From Eledone cirrhosa (taxonomy: Eukaryota), in assembly GCA_964016885.1 (NCBI GenBank), contig OZ024742.1, positions 268,212,001 through 268,276,000 on the forward strand: a stretch of DNA of 64,000 bases, given 5' to 3'. This document shows positions 63,400 to 64,000 of the stretch, piece after piece. Positions within the stretch are counted from its first letter, which is position 1. Each line of letters begins with the position of its first letter. Position numbers and translations under genes: made by a program. The notes under the pieces are model-generated. The model was not told the origin of the DNA, searched no databases, and saw nothing but the letters and a program-made list of their open reading frames with translations.

Positions 63400-63432
<33 letters not shown>
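62900..63432. repeat. Compound (TA)n/(TG)n/(TATG)n microsatellite (others at 26800-27017, 36935-37131, 52975-53368, 55205-55830)
   Basis: Directly visible. Confidence 0.97.
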
Positions 63433-63433
<1 letters not shown>

Positions 63434-64000
63434 CAACACATTAAACAAATAATGAATAAACAATTCCTTATATTAAACAAAAAAAGTTCATTATTTAACG
63501 ATCGTTTCTAGGGTATATATGTGTTATAATTGGTATGCATATTCAACAGATCTATGTACAAAATTATACAAAATTATACAAATTATCAAGATTAAATATA
63601 CATACCTAACACATATATACGCCGTCTTCAGAAATAATGAAGTATATTTATTGATAATAACAACAATTCAAAATATCAGTTCAAAATTGACCAATGAAAA
63701 CACAAAGGGTTAAAAGCAGTTCGGTGTGTGTATATACATGTAAAATCCTTACACATATTTTACAAAAATGTATGTATAACTTGTATACGCATACTAAAAA
63801 GATGGATGCAAACACAAAATTTCAAGGTTAATATCTCTGTAAGCTTAAAATGCGCTGATAAGATGCGCATTGATACTTATGGAGTCAAGCATATAAATAT
63901 ATTTTTTCATACTCACACATATCAGTATAATCACACATACATGCGCGTATATGCATAAATATACACATAACCACGAACATACAAACACACACACACCCCC

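Overview
Eukaryotic, gene-poor, repeat-dense animal DNA. It is probably a coleoid cephalopod (octopus-like), inferred from the SINE family and the extreme (TA)n/(CA)n/(AAT)n content. No host gene is recognisable. 1-26.8 kb is a packed, polarised array of non-LTR retrotransposons sitting in (AAT/ATT)n microsatellites. It holds R4/Dong-type RT-REL elements and two Tx1-clade (L1 group) families. One Tx1 copy (2578-8617, minus) has both ORFs intact, and the array changes polarity at about 16670. 27-64 kb is AT-rich and holds about 12 copies of a tRNA-derived SINE whose 3' tail resembles the Tx1 3' end, plus remnants of Hero-like, CRE-like, RTE, Penelope (GIY-YIG), mariner and Helitron elements. 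It also holds at least a dozen fold-back (long inverted-repeat) elements embedded in (TA)n. Several of these carry hammerhead-ribozyme motifs (CUGANGA..GAAA..UH with pairable stems) and share an 'inverted arm + arm + single-copy tail' architecture, suggesting non-coding Penelope-like retroelements. All alignments and folds were done by eye, and boundaries of degenerate elements are approximate.
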